Source: Acidobacteriota bacterium
GTDB taxonomy: Bacteria > Acidobacteriota > Thermoanaerobaculia > Multivoradales > UBA5704
Direction: 5' to 3'
Assembly: GCA_040005235.1 (NCBI GenBank)
Contig: JBDTZG010000006.1
Span: 1-64,000, forward strand
DNA length: 64,000 nt
Below the pieces are notes generated by a model. The model saw only the letters and a list, made by a program, of their open reading frames with translations. It made no database searches and was not told where the DNA came from. This document shows positions 10,101-17,530 of the stretch, piece after piece. The stretch's first letter is position 1. The number at the start of each line of letters is the position of its first letter. Made by a program: the position numbers and the translations under genes.

Positions 10101-10236
10101 CGACGGCTTCAACGTGCTGAATCGCAACACCTCGCTCATCCGCGAGCGTTTCGTCAATTCTCCTCAAGGAGGCGCGCTGCGCGAAGCGCTCGGTCCGCGG
10201 GTTTTTCGTTTGGGGGTTCGCCTTCGCTGGCGGTGA
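7150..10236 (+). CDS. Oar-like TonB-dependent receptor with carboxypeptidase-regulatory-like N-domain
   Basis: Signal peptide, plug motifs (IPTTRDPW, NNFVLDG, VTKRGT), barrel strands, C-terminal PRVFRLGVRLRW. Confidence 0.92.
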   Translation: MLNFPLCRTAWATLLVVGCTATAAGAQQAGSLDGFVLTAEGDPLSGVIVTLSGRSANYRQVSDGRGAIGILGMEPGNYSLRAVHDGYQPANYPTVEILVGRTTSLQIKMSAVPGETLVVTSEPPLLASRPEAQGIRLGSFELDSIPTTRDPWAVVAQAPGVILDTVNAGGNKTNLQPTFVGGGASRAQNNFVLDGVQVTDMAAAGTSPLAYDFDQIEEARVTLGGPDAAAPSSGVLVDLVTKRGTSVWRGSARDFTTNEKWQSAPRQTSILRPTEPGPLDPRDVPPHRGSPGGQRFDSFSVSSPGGKPAGRPEPPAPRADASPRFLGAAAAATSPQGESLEVGRIKGIDDYGLEGGGPLISERLFGWFSYGATNARQIAVGGSLDRAEILNLAGKVNATLGTGNSLSLTVHRADKTRRDLGAGPERAPETLQRLLGKTDIWKIEDSILRQNLFLTVLASNLDGKVDAEPFSGGFTEPVLDPHGIWRGAFSSFSDERSARQLQLDLRTFLAARPGSHEPRLGLSLREFASESEERWGPRDLIQVAGENTGTLYDVVRAFRPGQIGSKQRYKSFWTQDEMRGDRLTLTAGLRFDEQTGTSEATEIGANPAFPDLLPAVRFSGSGPDFRWRSLSPRLGASYAVGADHHIVLRAGYSRFASQLHTTLVDRLHPLDASSATFSFTDTDGDGIYDAGEPILLLSTQGIDPNNPTALASPNQTDPGLAPELTDELTFGFERLVRPDLVMTGQFTARRVSNVLESRRLVRDAAGNVRLATAADYSLWEVQATTLPNGRIYRVPIYTLDDSLTPTGGRRLVNGDRRQDYHGLSLGLTKRLSRGWMLRGNATWSDWRWRTGPEFRRYDDPTNLAPGNGFDSFDGDGDHESVAEQAPGSGGSEGAFLNSRWVFNLNGLVQVAPSRPWGFHLAGNFSARQGYPIAYALRVTPPDGIARNVQVTHLTDAARYDNPVVLDLRCEKEWIIGETSAVISIDGFNVLNRNTSLIRERFVNSPQGGALREALGPRVFRLGVRLRWR

Positions 10237-10258
10237 GCCTCAGGAGACGTAAGAGCAC

Positions 10259-11419
10259 TTGAACGGATCGACCACCCTCTCCGCGCCGACTTCGGCCCCC
10301 GGACTCCCGAGCGCTCTCGCTCCGGGAGCGGGCGCGCCGCGTCCGGCCGACGGTCGGGGACCGAGCGGCGGGTCTTTGATCGCTCTCGGTTTCGCCCTGC
10401 TATTCGGGGTGTCGATCGTGCCGTCGTGGATCTACTACCACTCTATGGGAGTGGGCGTACCCTGGAGCCGGCTCCTTTCCGAGTCGCTCTCCTGGGGGCT
10501 CTGGGCGCTGCTCCTGCCCGGGGTCGTCTGGCTCGCCCGGCGCTTTCCCGTCGATCGCGAGACCTGGCGCTGGGCGCTGCCCGCGCACGTCGCGCTCGGT
10601 GCGCTCACGGTGACGGCGATCACGGCGCTTACCCTGATCAAGAACCAGGCGGTGCTCGCCAGCCAAACCGGCAGCTTCGCCCCCGGTTTCTTCTCCCGCC
10701 TGCCCGAATACCTGGTGACGAACTTCCAGGCCGCGCTGGTGATCTACGGCGGAATCGTCACCGCGGTCCATGCCTATGATGGTTTCCGGCGCCTCAAAGA
10801 GCGCGAGCTTGCCGCCTCGCGCCTGGAGGCCGACCTGTCGCGCGCCCAGCTCACCGTGCTCAAAATGCAGCTGGAGCCGCACTTCCTGTTCAACACGCTG
10901 AACGCGATCTCCGCTCTGGTCCACGGCAATCCGGACGGCGCGGAGCGCATGGTGATCCGCCTCTCCGAGCTGCTGCGCATGTCGCTCGCGAGCGCAGACC
11001 GCGACGAGGTGCCGCTCGAAGAGGAGCTTCGTTTCCTCGGGGTCTATCTCGACATCCAGCAAACCCGCTTCGGCGATCGCCTGCGGGTGAAGCAGGAGAT
11101 CCCCGACGCAACGCGCACCGCGCTGGTGCCCACCCTGCTGCTCCAGCCGCTGGTCGAAAACGCCATCCGCCACGGCCTCGAACGCCGCGCGGCGGCACTG
11201 TCGTTGACGGTTCGCGCCGCGCGAGTGGGCAACCGGCTTCGCCTCGAAGTCGAAGACGACGGACCGGGCCTGCCCGACGAAGCGGATCGCCGCAACGGCG
11301 TCGGCCTCGCCAACACCCGCGCGAGGTTGGAACGGCTCTACGGCGCCGATCACCTGCTGAGCCTCGGTAACCGGCCCGAAGGGGGAGCGCGGGTGACGAT
11401 GGAGCTGCCGCAGCGGTAA
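10259..11419 (+). CDS. LytS/YehU-type membrane sensor histidine kinase
   Basis: N-terminal TMs, LKMQLEPHFLFNTLN, LLQPLVENAIRHG, DDGPG, GVGLANTRARL. Confidence 0.95.
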   Translation: MNGSTTLSAPTSAPGLPSALAPGAGAPRPADGRGPSGGSLIALGFALLFGVSIVPSWIYYHSMGVGVPWSRLLSESLSWGLWALLLPGVVWLARRFPVDRETWRWALPAHVALGALTVTAITALTLIKNQAVLASQTGSFAPGFFSRLPEYLVTNFQAALVIYGGIVTAVHAYDGFRRLKERELAASRLEADLSRAQLTVLKMQLEPHFLFNTLNAISALVHGNPDGAERMVIRLSELLRMSLASADRDEVPLEEELRFLGVYLDIQQTRFGDRLRVKQEIPDATRTALVPTLLLQPLVENAIRHGLERRAAALSLTVRAARVGNRLRLEVEDDGPGLPDEADRRNGVGLANTRARLERLYGADHLLSLGNRPEGGARVTMELPQR

Positions 11420-11461
11420 AGGCGGAACGCGCGGCCCTCGCCGTGGCAAAATCCGCCGTCC

Positions 11462-12634
11462 ATGCCGTCCCTCACCCCGATTCCGATCTCCCGCGCCGAA
11501 GCGCGCGACTACCTTCTCGGCCACCTGGGCCTGCGATCGATCGTCGATCCACCCGGGGCGGAGGGCGCCCGCGCGCTGCTCCGCCGCCTGCGGGCGATCC
11601 AGCTCGATCCGCTCGATCCGATCGGCACCAACGCCGACCTGGTGGTGATGGCACGGGTGGACGGCGTCCGCCGCGGCGAGCTGCTCAACCTGCTCATGCC
11701 CGGTCACGCCTTCGAGCATTTCGCCAAGGAGCGCTGCCTGCTCCCCGCGTCGGCGTTTCCCTACTACCGGGACCGGCTGGCCGAATCGTCCTGGTGGCAC
11801 TTCGCCACGCGGATCGACCGCCTGCCCGAAGGGGTGGTCGAAGCGGTGTTCGCGGAGATCGAAGCGCGAGGACCGCTCACCGCCGCCGACCTGGGCGACC
11901 ACGGCCCGGTCGAGCCGATCGATTGGTCGGGCTGGAAAGGAACCCAGAAAGCCGCTTCGATGGCGATCGAGGTTCTCTGGTCGCGCTGCCGCATCGTGGT
12001 CGCCGGCCGAACCTCGCGCGGCAAGCTCTGGGACCTGCCGGAGCGCTCGCTAGGAGCCGCCGCCACCGGGCCGAGCGGCGATTTCGCCCGCTGGGCGATC
12101 GGCGAGCGGGCCGAGGCCGCGGGCCTGCTGTCGCGCAACATGGGTCCCTGGTGGTCGATGCTCACGGAAGTCCGCACCTCGACTCTCCCCGACGAGATGA
12201 TCGCCGACGGCGCCGTAGTCGAGGTGGCGGTCGAAGGGATCCCGCGCCGGTTTCTCGCGCCGACCGATTTTCTCAGCCGGCGCTTCCCGGAAGACGACGG
12301 CCGCCTGCGCATCCTCGCGCCGCTCGATCCGGTGCTCTGGGACCGGAAGCTGGTGCAACACCTGTGGGGTTTCGAATACCTCTGGGAGGTTTACAAACCG
12401 GCCGATCAACGCCGCTGGGGCTGGTACGTCCACCCCCTCCTTCACCACGGCGAATTCGTCGGCCGCCTCGAAGGCCGGATCGAAGGAAAGACCCTCGTCA
12501 TCCACCGGATCTGGGGTGAGCCCGACCGCGACCTCGATCGCGATGCGCTCAAAGCCGCCCTCGACCGCCATGCCGAACTGTGCGGCGCCGATCGTGTCAA
12601 ACTGCCGCGCCGGGTGCTCAAGGGCCGGCGGTAG
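11462..12634 (+). CDS. YcaQ/AlkZ family crosslink-repair DNA glycosylase (HTH_42)
   Basis: IQLD (QxD) motif, ILAPLDPVLWDR, FEYLWEVYKPADQRRWGWYVHPLL, FVGRLE. Confidence 0.85.
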   Translation: MPSLTPIPISRAEARDYLLGHLGLRSIVDPPGAEGARALLRRLRAIQLDPLDPIGTNADLVVMARVDGVRRGELLNLLMPGHAFEHFAKERCLLPASAFPYYRDRLAESSWWHFATRIDRLPEGVVEAVFAEIEARGPLTAADLGDHGPVEPIDWSGWKGTQKAASMAIEVLWSRCRIVVAGRTSRGKLWDLPERSLGAAATGPSGDFARWAIGERAEAAGLLSRNMGPWWSMLTEVRTSTLPDEMIADGAVVEVAVEGIPRRFLAPTDFLSRRFPEDDGRLRILAPLDPVLWDRKLVQHLWGFEYLWEVYKPADQRRWGWYVHPLLHHGEFVGRLEGRIEGKTLVIHRIWGEPDRDLDRDALKAALDRHAELCGADRVKLPRRVLKGRR

Positions 12635-12760
12635 CACGACCGGTTCAGGGCTGCTGGTTCCGGGTCGCTGGTGCCAAGTAGAAATACGGCAAATCCGGGT
12701 TCCGCTCCACCGCGTTCCGGTCGAAGTGCAAAGGGTCCGAGTCTCTTGAGCGCTAGAACT

Positions 12761-13054
12761 TTGCAGAGCTGCACAGCGCCCGCCTACCGGTGCATCGGCG
12801 GATTGCACAGGTGCAAAACTCGGGAGCACAACAGCAATCTTGCGTTGCACATGTGCACAGCGCCCGCGCACATGTGCGCCGGAAGATTGCACAAGTGCAA
12901 AACTCCAGCGCACCCGTGCAAAACCTCAGCGCACAGGTGCAATCTTCCAGTGCACAATCGCGCGGACGCTGTGCACCTCTGCAATTTCCCGGTGCACTTG
13001 TGCAAAATACCGGCGCACAAGCGCAAAGTTCCAGTGCACCGCTACAAAGCGCCG
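12761..13054. repeat. 14-unit degenerate 21-bp tandem array with TGCAC-NN-GTGCA core
   Basis: Units such as ttgcacaggtgcaaaactcgg, ttgcacatgtgcacagcgccc, gtgcacttgtgcaaaataccg; reads xHxCxxP in one frame. Confidence 0.85.
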
Positions 13055-13098
13055 GGTGCCCTCGCCAAAACCTGATTTCACGGAGGCAAAACCCCGCC

Positions 13099-13914
13099 TC
13101 ACCGCTGCACCCCGTCGGGAAACTCCGGCTTGGCAAACCGAGTCCCGGCCGGAAACGCGAGGCCGAACCGCTCGCGCAGAACCACCAACAGGTGCTCCGG
13201 ATCGCGAATCGTCTCGCTAGTCGTGACGCCCCCTTCACGCAGAGTGAGATCCCGATTGCGCAGAACCAACCAACCCTCCGGCCAGGAGCGCTGAACGGTC
13301 AGATTATTGACGAATGGCGAAGCCTGAAACGTGCTCGTAAAGTGGTTCGCCATCACGAAATCCGCCGGGTGCTGCGGTTCGAGCGTGAACGCATAGAAGT
13401 CGCCCCAAGTTCCCTCGGAGTTCCCTTCCAGCACCCAGACCTCCCCCTCCCGCCGCAACCGATGCCCAAGGCCACCGATCCAAGTCTCCCGTCCCTCGAC
13501 GAGCGGCACCGGAACCACCAACCCGCCGCCCCCAAAGCCGACATCCGCGAGGAACGCCGCGCCTTCCACCTCGACCAAGAGCAGCATATGCGTCCGAGGC
13601 CGAACCGCCGTGGCCCCGATCTGTACCCGCGCCGCCAGCGAGGAAACCGCGAAGCCGAACCCTTCGAGCGCCGCGCGGAACAACGTGTTCTGCTCGAAGC
13701 AATACCCACCCCGCCGATCGGTCACGAGCTTCCGCTCCAGAGCCACGAGATCGAGGTCGATCCCGCGGCCGAGCAGAATGTCGAGGTTCTCGAATGGGAT
13801 CGCTGTTACGTGCGCCATGTGGAGGGCCGTTAGCGTTGAGAGCGTTTCCTCGCGAGGACCGGTGTAGGCGATGCGCGCGAGGTAGGCGTCTAAGTTGAAA
13901 AGGGGAGAGGTCAT
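13099..13914 (-). CDS. Arylamine N-acetyltransferase
   Basis: AYLARI, IPFENLD, RRGGYCFEQN (catalytic Cys), THM, LADVGFG; start trimmed to ATG 13914. Confidence 0.95.
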   Translation of the reverse strand: MTSPLFNLDAYLARIAYTGPREETLSTLTALHMAHVTAIPFENLDILLGRGIDLDLVALERKLVTDRRGGYCFEQNTLFRAALEGFGFAVSSLAARVQIGATAVRPRTHMLLLVEVEGAAFLADVGFGGGGLVVPVPLVEGRETWIGGLGHRLRREGEVWVLEGNSEGTWGDFYAFTLEPQHPADFVMANHFTSTFQASPFVNNLTVQRSWPEGWLVLRNRDLTLREGGVTTSETIRDPEHLLVVLRERFGLAFPAGTRFAKPEFPDGVQR

Positions 13915-14019
13915 GTTGGCGTAATGGTATCGCGACGGAGTGCCATGGGGGATCGTTGCCTCGGTGCGAGCCGCGGGCGGCGCGAGCGATTGAAATCGCT
14001 CGCTCGGATACGACGCGGT

Positions 14020-14084
14020 ACTGGCGCGGCGCGTTTGCGCAATAGACCCCAATCGGCTTACAGTCCTGCTAGGCCGTTGGAGGT
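14020..14084 (+). repeat. 65-bp direct repeat, copy 1 (promoter-like)
   Basis: 60/65 identical to 15808-15872; TTGCGC-18-TACAGT then GTTGGAG. Confidence 0.85.
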
Positions 14085-14248
14085 TGGTCGTGGCTTCCGG
14101 CACGACGACCTGGGATATCAGCGCTTCTGGACAGTCGTTGACCAATTGTGGAGCGATGAGGATGGCCTCTTCAGGGATAGCACCAACAACGACGTCTAGG
14201 GGCCTGACCATTTCTTATGAAGGAACTACGTGTTGATCGGACCAGTCG

Positions 14249-14839
14249 ATGACTTCGAGCATGCTCATCCAGAAAATCCGCGCGCGCCACGATCTGTTGC
14301 AAGCGTTAGTCGATCTTTGCGACTTTGACTTGAGCCGCCCGGTCCACGACTACATCTACTTCAGGCTCGACTCCGGCCGCGCCTTCACACCCATCGCCGG
14401 CGAAGGGGCCGGTGGCGTCTTCTGCTTGCTGGATGCGCCCGACCCTCACGAATCCGGCGCCTTCTTCGTCAGCTCTGAGGGTCAGGGTGGTTTCATCGCG
14501 AAAGGCATCACCGAGACACTCTCGTTGCTGGTCACGCTTCCATACTGGTTCGACTGCCTCAAGTTCTCACGCAGTGGTCAGCTCGCCGAGATGGACAGAG
14601 CCGTTCCACTTCTCGAAGCCGAGCTTCACAATCGCCATCCCCACGCGAACGCTCAGCGCAAGTTCCTTTGCCAGGAACTGGGCATCCAATTGCTCCCAGC
14701 CCCCCTGGTACCGATGCACCACGCAGTCTGCTCCGGTGAGGCCATCGTCAATCTCGACGACGGTTGGCGGCTAGAGTCTCTCTTCAACTCGTTCAGCGTC
14801 GACGACAATCCCCTCTGGGCTGAGGCCTCCGAACGTTGA
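14249..14839 (+). CDS. Cassette-borne hypothetical protein (SUKH/SMI1-like immunity candidate)
   Basis: IAGEGAGGVF...FVSSEGQGGFIA...LLVTLPYW pattern; attC-like left arm 10 bp after the stop. Confidence 0.6.
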   Translation: MTSSMLIQKIRARHDLLQALVDLCDFDLSRPVHDYIYFRLDSGRAFTPIAGEGAGGVFCLLDAPDPHESGAFFVSSEGQGGFIAKGITETLSLLVTLPYWFDCLKFSRSGQLAEMDRAVPLLEAELHNRHPHANAQRKFLCQELGIQLLPAPLVPMHHAVCSGEAIVNLDDGWRLESLFNSFSVDDNPLWAEASER

Positions 14840-14848
14840 AGACTCGCC

Positions 14849-14958
14849 GCCTAACCCCTCGTTGCAGCGGCCACAAGCGCCGTATGATAGGTGCAACCCT
14901 CTTCGAGAAGCCACGCGATCCCCGGCGGTTCAAGATTGGCGAACTCGGGTCGATAGGG
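14849..14958 (+). mobile_element. Degenerate attC site
   Basis: GCCTAAC-CCCTC-GTTGCAGCGG left arm; right arm GCGAAC-TCGGGTC-GATAGGG with the GTT core changed to GAT. Confidence 0.6.
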
Positions 14959-14990
14959 CCGGTCGCGGCCGCGCGTTGATCTTCGCGGGT

Positions 14991-15293
14991 CTAGCGTGCG
15001 ACAGCCTTGGCCGTGCGTCGTCCCGGTTGCAGGGCAGGCTGCTTCTTTCCGGTTGGCAGCTCCTCACGGAGGATCTGACGCAGCCTCAACTCGGTCACTG
15101 GACGATCGGTCTCTGCAAGGTACTGGCGGAGCGCCTCGTTCATCATCGTCTGGTAGCCTGTCCCGGCGCTTTCGGCTCGGGCGCGGAAGGCATCTAGAAC
15201 GGTGTTGTCGATGAAGATGGAGATCCGCGTTTTGCCCTTCTGTGGGATCAACGCCTTGCGTTCGCCGCCGGAGAAATCGTACTCAGCCCGCAT
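14991..15293 (-). CDS. brnA: BrnA antitoxin
   Basis: MRAEYDFS, KTRISIFID, GYQTMMNEALRQYL; overlaps brnT. Confidence 0.9.
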   Translation of the reverse strand: MRAEYDFSGGERKALIPQKGKTRISIFIDNTVLDAFRARAESAGTGYQTMMNEALRQYLAETDRPVTELRLRQILREELPTGKKQPALQPGRRTAKAVAR

Positions 15294-15549
15294 AGTCTTT
15301 GACCTCATGGTGAGTTGCGCGCCGCGCGGAGATGAGTCGAATGTCTTCGCCGCGCAAGGTATAGACCACGACCAAGATCACGCCGCCGCTGCCGAGCCCC
15401 ACCGCGATGAGCCGCTCTTCGCCTTCCGCGTCCGGATCAGACTGGTGCACGGTGAGAATGTCTTCGAAGACACCCTCGGCGTCAGCAAAGGAGATGTTGT
15501 GCTTCGCCAAGTTCGAGCGCGCTTTGGCAGGATCGAACTGGAATCGCAC
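15283..15549 (-). CDS. brnT: BrnT ribonuclease toxin
   Basis: FQFDPAKARSNLAKHNISF, EER...G, VVVYTLRG, IRLISARRAT. Confidence 0.92.
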   Translation of the reverse strand: MRFQFDPAKARSNLAKHNISFADAEGVFEDILTVHQSDPDAEGEERLIAVGLGSGGVILVVVYTLRGEDIRLISARRATHHEVKDYAG

Positions 15550-15555
15550 TCGCGT

Positions 15556-15584
15556 ACCGTATATATCCTGTATGCATGTGTCAA
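15556..15584 (-). promoter_or_regulatory. sigma70 promoter of brnTA (probably leaderless)
   Basis: TTGACA-17-TACGGT, 6 nt before the GTG start. Confidence 0.7.
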
Positions 15585-15807
15585 GATGGCTCAGCAAGAG
15601 CCGCATCAAGCGGCTACGGGGCCTCTAACGCTTCCTGGCGCGAAATCGACGTGGCACGCCAGAGCCTCAGTGCGGGCCGAGGCGTACCGCTCGACGATGT
15701 CCCCGAATAGGCGCCGCGAACTCGCCGCAATCGACCGAGAAGATCGTGTCGATGCTCCGCGAGAGCGGAGAGCGGGAGCAGTCGAGCGCGTGGGGCAGGG
15801 CCGCTGC

Positions 15808-15872
15808 ACTGGCGCGGCGCGTTTGCGCAATAGAACCCACTCGGCTTACACTCCGGCCAGGCCGTTGGAGGT
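15808..15872 (+). repeat. 65-bp direct repeat, copy 2
   Basis: Matches 14020-14084; -10-like TACACT; followed by AGGAGGTGA without a start codon. Confidence 0.85.
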
Positions 15873-15937
15873 CTCTTAGGAGGTGACACATCAGATCCGG
15901 CGCAGCGTCTCCTGCGGGCTTTTGGCAGCGCCATCGG

Positions 15938-16267
15938 CGCGGCCACCTTGGTCGCTTTGATGATGACGCTAGGGTCCAGGTGATGGCGGCGGGTCACGCC
16001 CGTCCGCGGGTCAACCGCGACAGCACGAGCTGGGAAGACATACTGCCACCCCCACTCCTTGGCTGCGTTCGGGTACTTCCGGAACCCCTCAATTTTCATC
16101 TCCGCCGGGAACAGGTCCTCTCGCGACCGCATCCTGTGAAATCGCACGAATCGAACGATTCAGTCCACCTAGGCCCGCTCCGTGTGGATCGAGTTGTGCC
16201 GCACCCGCAGCACCGACCTCACCTCGTCGACCAACCGCGGCTGCTGGCCTGTTCCGGCGTCATTCAT
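15938..16267 (-). pseudogene. intI: Integron integrase pseudogene
   Basis: [42 protein letters not shown]...KIEGF fused to [18 protein letters not shown]...[20 protein letters not shown] (IntI-specific region); stops at 16169-16171 and 16160-16162; catalytic C-terminus missing. Confidence 0.92.
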
Positions 16268-16313
16268 CGGGATTCGCCCCCTCTGTGCCTGGGCAATCCG
16301 CACCGGAAGAAAT

Positions 16314-16377
16314 CGCCTGATAACCAGGCTGCAGGGGCATTATCAGGGCGAAACGTCCTGATAATAACTGGTTAGGC
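16314..16377 (+). mobile_element. attI-like site
   Basis: Adjacent to the intI 5' end; CCTGATAA repeats, ATTATCAGG/CCTGATAAT inverted pair, core GTTAGGC at 16371-16377. Confidence 0.7.
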
Positions 16378-16396
16378 CCCACACAAACACCGTCCC

Positions 16397-16912
16397 ATGC
16401 TACCTTGGCTTGATTTCTCCGGCGCTCCAGCGATGCTCATTCCAGCAGCGTTGATCGCTCTCTGGCGTGGCGCTATAGACCCGTCCACCGAGTCATACTC
16501 TGACCTCAACAGTAAAGTACCGAAGACAGACTACGACAGAGCGTGTGCTGCAGCATGGCCCGGAGGAGGTGAAATCCGCTTGGGGCAGGCGTCTGCTCTA
16601 GTCCTCTACTCGGAGTACGACGAACATGCCTGGATGGCCGATCAATACGTCGTGGCTTCAGGCAGTTGGTTCCCAACGGCAGAGCAGATCAAACTTGCCA
16701 ACTGGACAGATCCATTTGTTTGGAATGCAGACTTTGAAGAGTATCTTTTGCTCACCTCAGCGGCAGATGGAAAGAATGACCTGCAACCAGATGACTATGT
16801 GCCAGTAAGCCTGAAGCAAGGCGCCTACTTGGTTGAGTTTGCCTTCATCGAAGCGGAGTACGTCGGTTGCTTTACAAGGCTCACGCGCAAGGTGGCAGCG
16901 AGTGGGGCCTAA
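16397..16912 (+). CDS. Cassette 1: Imm21-like immunity protein
   Basis: W..FSGAP..LIP....W.G and TDYDRAC motifs; flanked by GTTAGGCCCCAC and GTGGGGCCTAAC. Confidence 0.7.
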   Translation: MLPWLDFSGAPAMLIPAALIALWRGAIDPSTESYSDLNSKVPKTDYDRACAAAWPGGGEIRLGQASALVLYSEYDEHAWMADQYVVASGSWFPTAEQIKLANWTDPFVWNADFEEYLLLTSAADGKNDLQPDDYVPVSLKQGAYLVEFAFIEAEYVGCFTRLTRKVAASGA

Positions 16913-16941
16913 CCCTCGCCCGCTTAGCTCGACCGTTAGGG
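16907..16941 (+). mobile_element. Internally deleted 35-bp attC
   Basis: GCCTAAC-CCTCG joined directly to CCCGCTTAGCTCGACC-GTTAGGG. Confidence 0.75.
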
Positions 16942-16958
16942 CTTAAGGAGAGAATGAA

Positions 16959-17354
16959 GTGGGAGCATGGAGTCACGAGCCGTTCGGAAATGATGATGCG
17001 GGAGACTGGCTTTCAGGCCTGGGGCAAGCAAAAGACTTATCAGCAATTGAAAACGCTTTGAACGCAGTCACGGACGAGGCTGAAGAATACCTGGAGGCAC
17101 CGCAGTGTTCATCGGCTCTTGCTGCGGCCGAGGTCGTGGCCGCGTTGCTTGGCAAACCTAACCCTGCACTACCTGAGGAAGCAGTGTCTTGGGTCAAAGG
17201 TAAACCAAGTCCGCCTTCCAATGTTGTCGCAAAGGCGAAGAGCGCAGTGGCGGCGGTCCTCGATTCTTCTGAGCTTCAGGAACTTTGGGCAGAGTCAGAG
17301 GACTATCCGCAATGGCAAGCAATCACAAAAGATTTGCTGGGTCGGCTCGGTTAA
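16959..17354 (+). CDS. Cassette 2: DUF4259 family protein
   Basis: MGAWSHEPFGNDDAGDWL, ALAAAEVVA, SELQELWAE; AAGGAG RBS; flanked by GTTAGGGCTTAA and TTAAGCCCTAAC. Confidence 0.85.
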   Translation: MGAWSHEPFGNDDAGDWLSGLGQAKDLSAIENALNAVTDEAEEYLEAPQCSSALAAAEVVAALLGKPNPALPEEAVSWVKGKPSPPSNVVAKAKSAVAAVLDSSELQELWAESEDYPQWQAITKDLLGRLG

Positions 17355-17530
17355 GCCCTAACCACGGCTTCAAGCCGACTTGGCCGAAAAGGCCGGCCTT
17401 GAAGCGGCTTGCCGATCTCGGGTTCTTGGGCGAGGCGATCGATCGCCGAAACGATCCGGATGCGCTCGGGCTTGGCGATTCCGGACAGCGATTTTTGGGC
17501 GCTCGCCTTAATCTTGATCGAGTAGGGCAC
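17351..17530 (-). pseudogene. Truncated RelE/ParE toxin
   Basis: VPYSIKIKASAQKSLSGIAKPERIRIVSAIDRLAQEPEIGKPLQG then runs into the attC; catalytic half absent; 59 aa, so absent from the ORF track. Confidence 0.8.
17356..17395 (+). mobile_element. Left half of terminal attC
   Basis: CCCTAAC-CACGG-CTTCAAGCCGAC plus GGCC hairpin; right arm replaced by relE sequence. Confidence 0.65.

Noticed and set aside
7387-10262. Large antisense and alternative-frame ORFs over the TonB receptor and most other genes
   Set aside because: Arg/Pro/Gly-rich shadow ORFs typical of high-GC DNA, with no motifs.
12761-13054. CRISPR array interpretation of the 21-bp repeats
   Set aside because: The period is too short, there are no distinct identical repeats with unique spacers, and no cas genes are present.
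14200-14240. Additional attC (GCCTGAC...GTTGATC) before the 14249 gene
   Set aside because: Both cores deviate from consensus and no L boxes or stem are visible.
15614-16147. Functional 177-aa integrase
   Set aside because: It lacks the catalytic residues, has upstream stops, and its C-terminal part is read-through into non-coding DNA.
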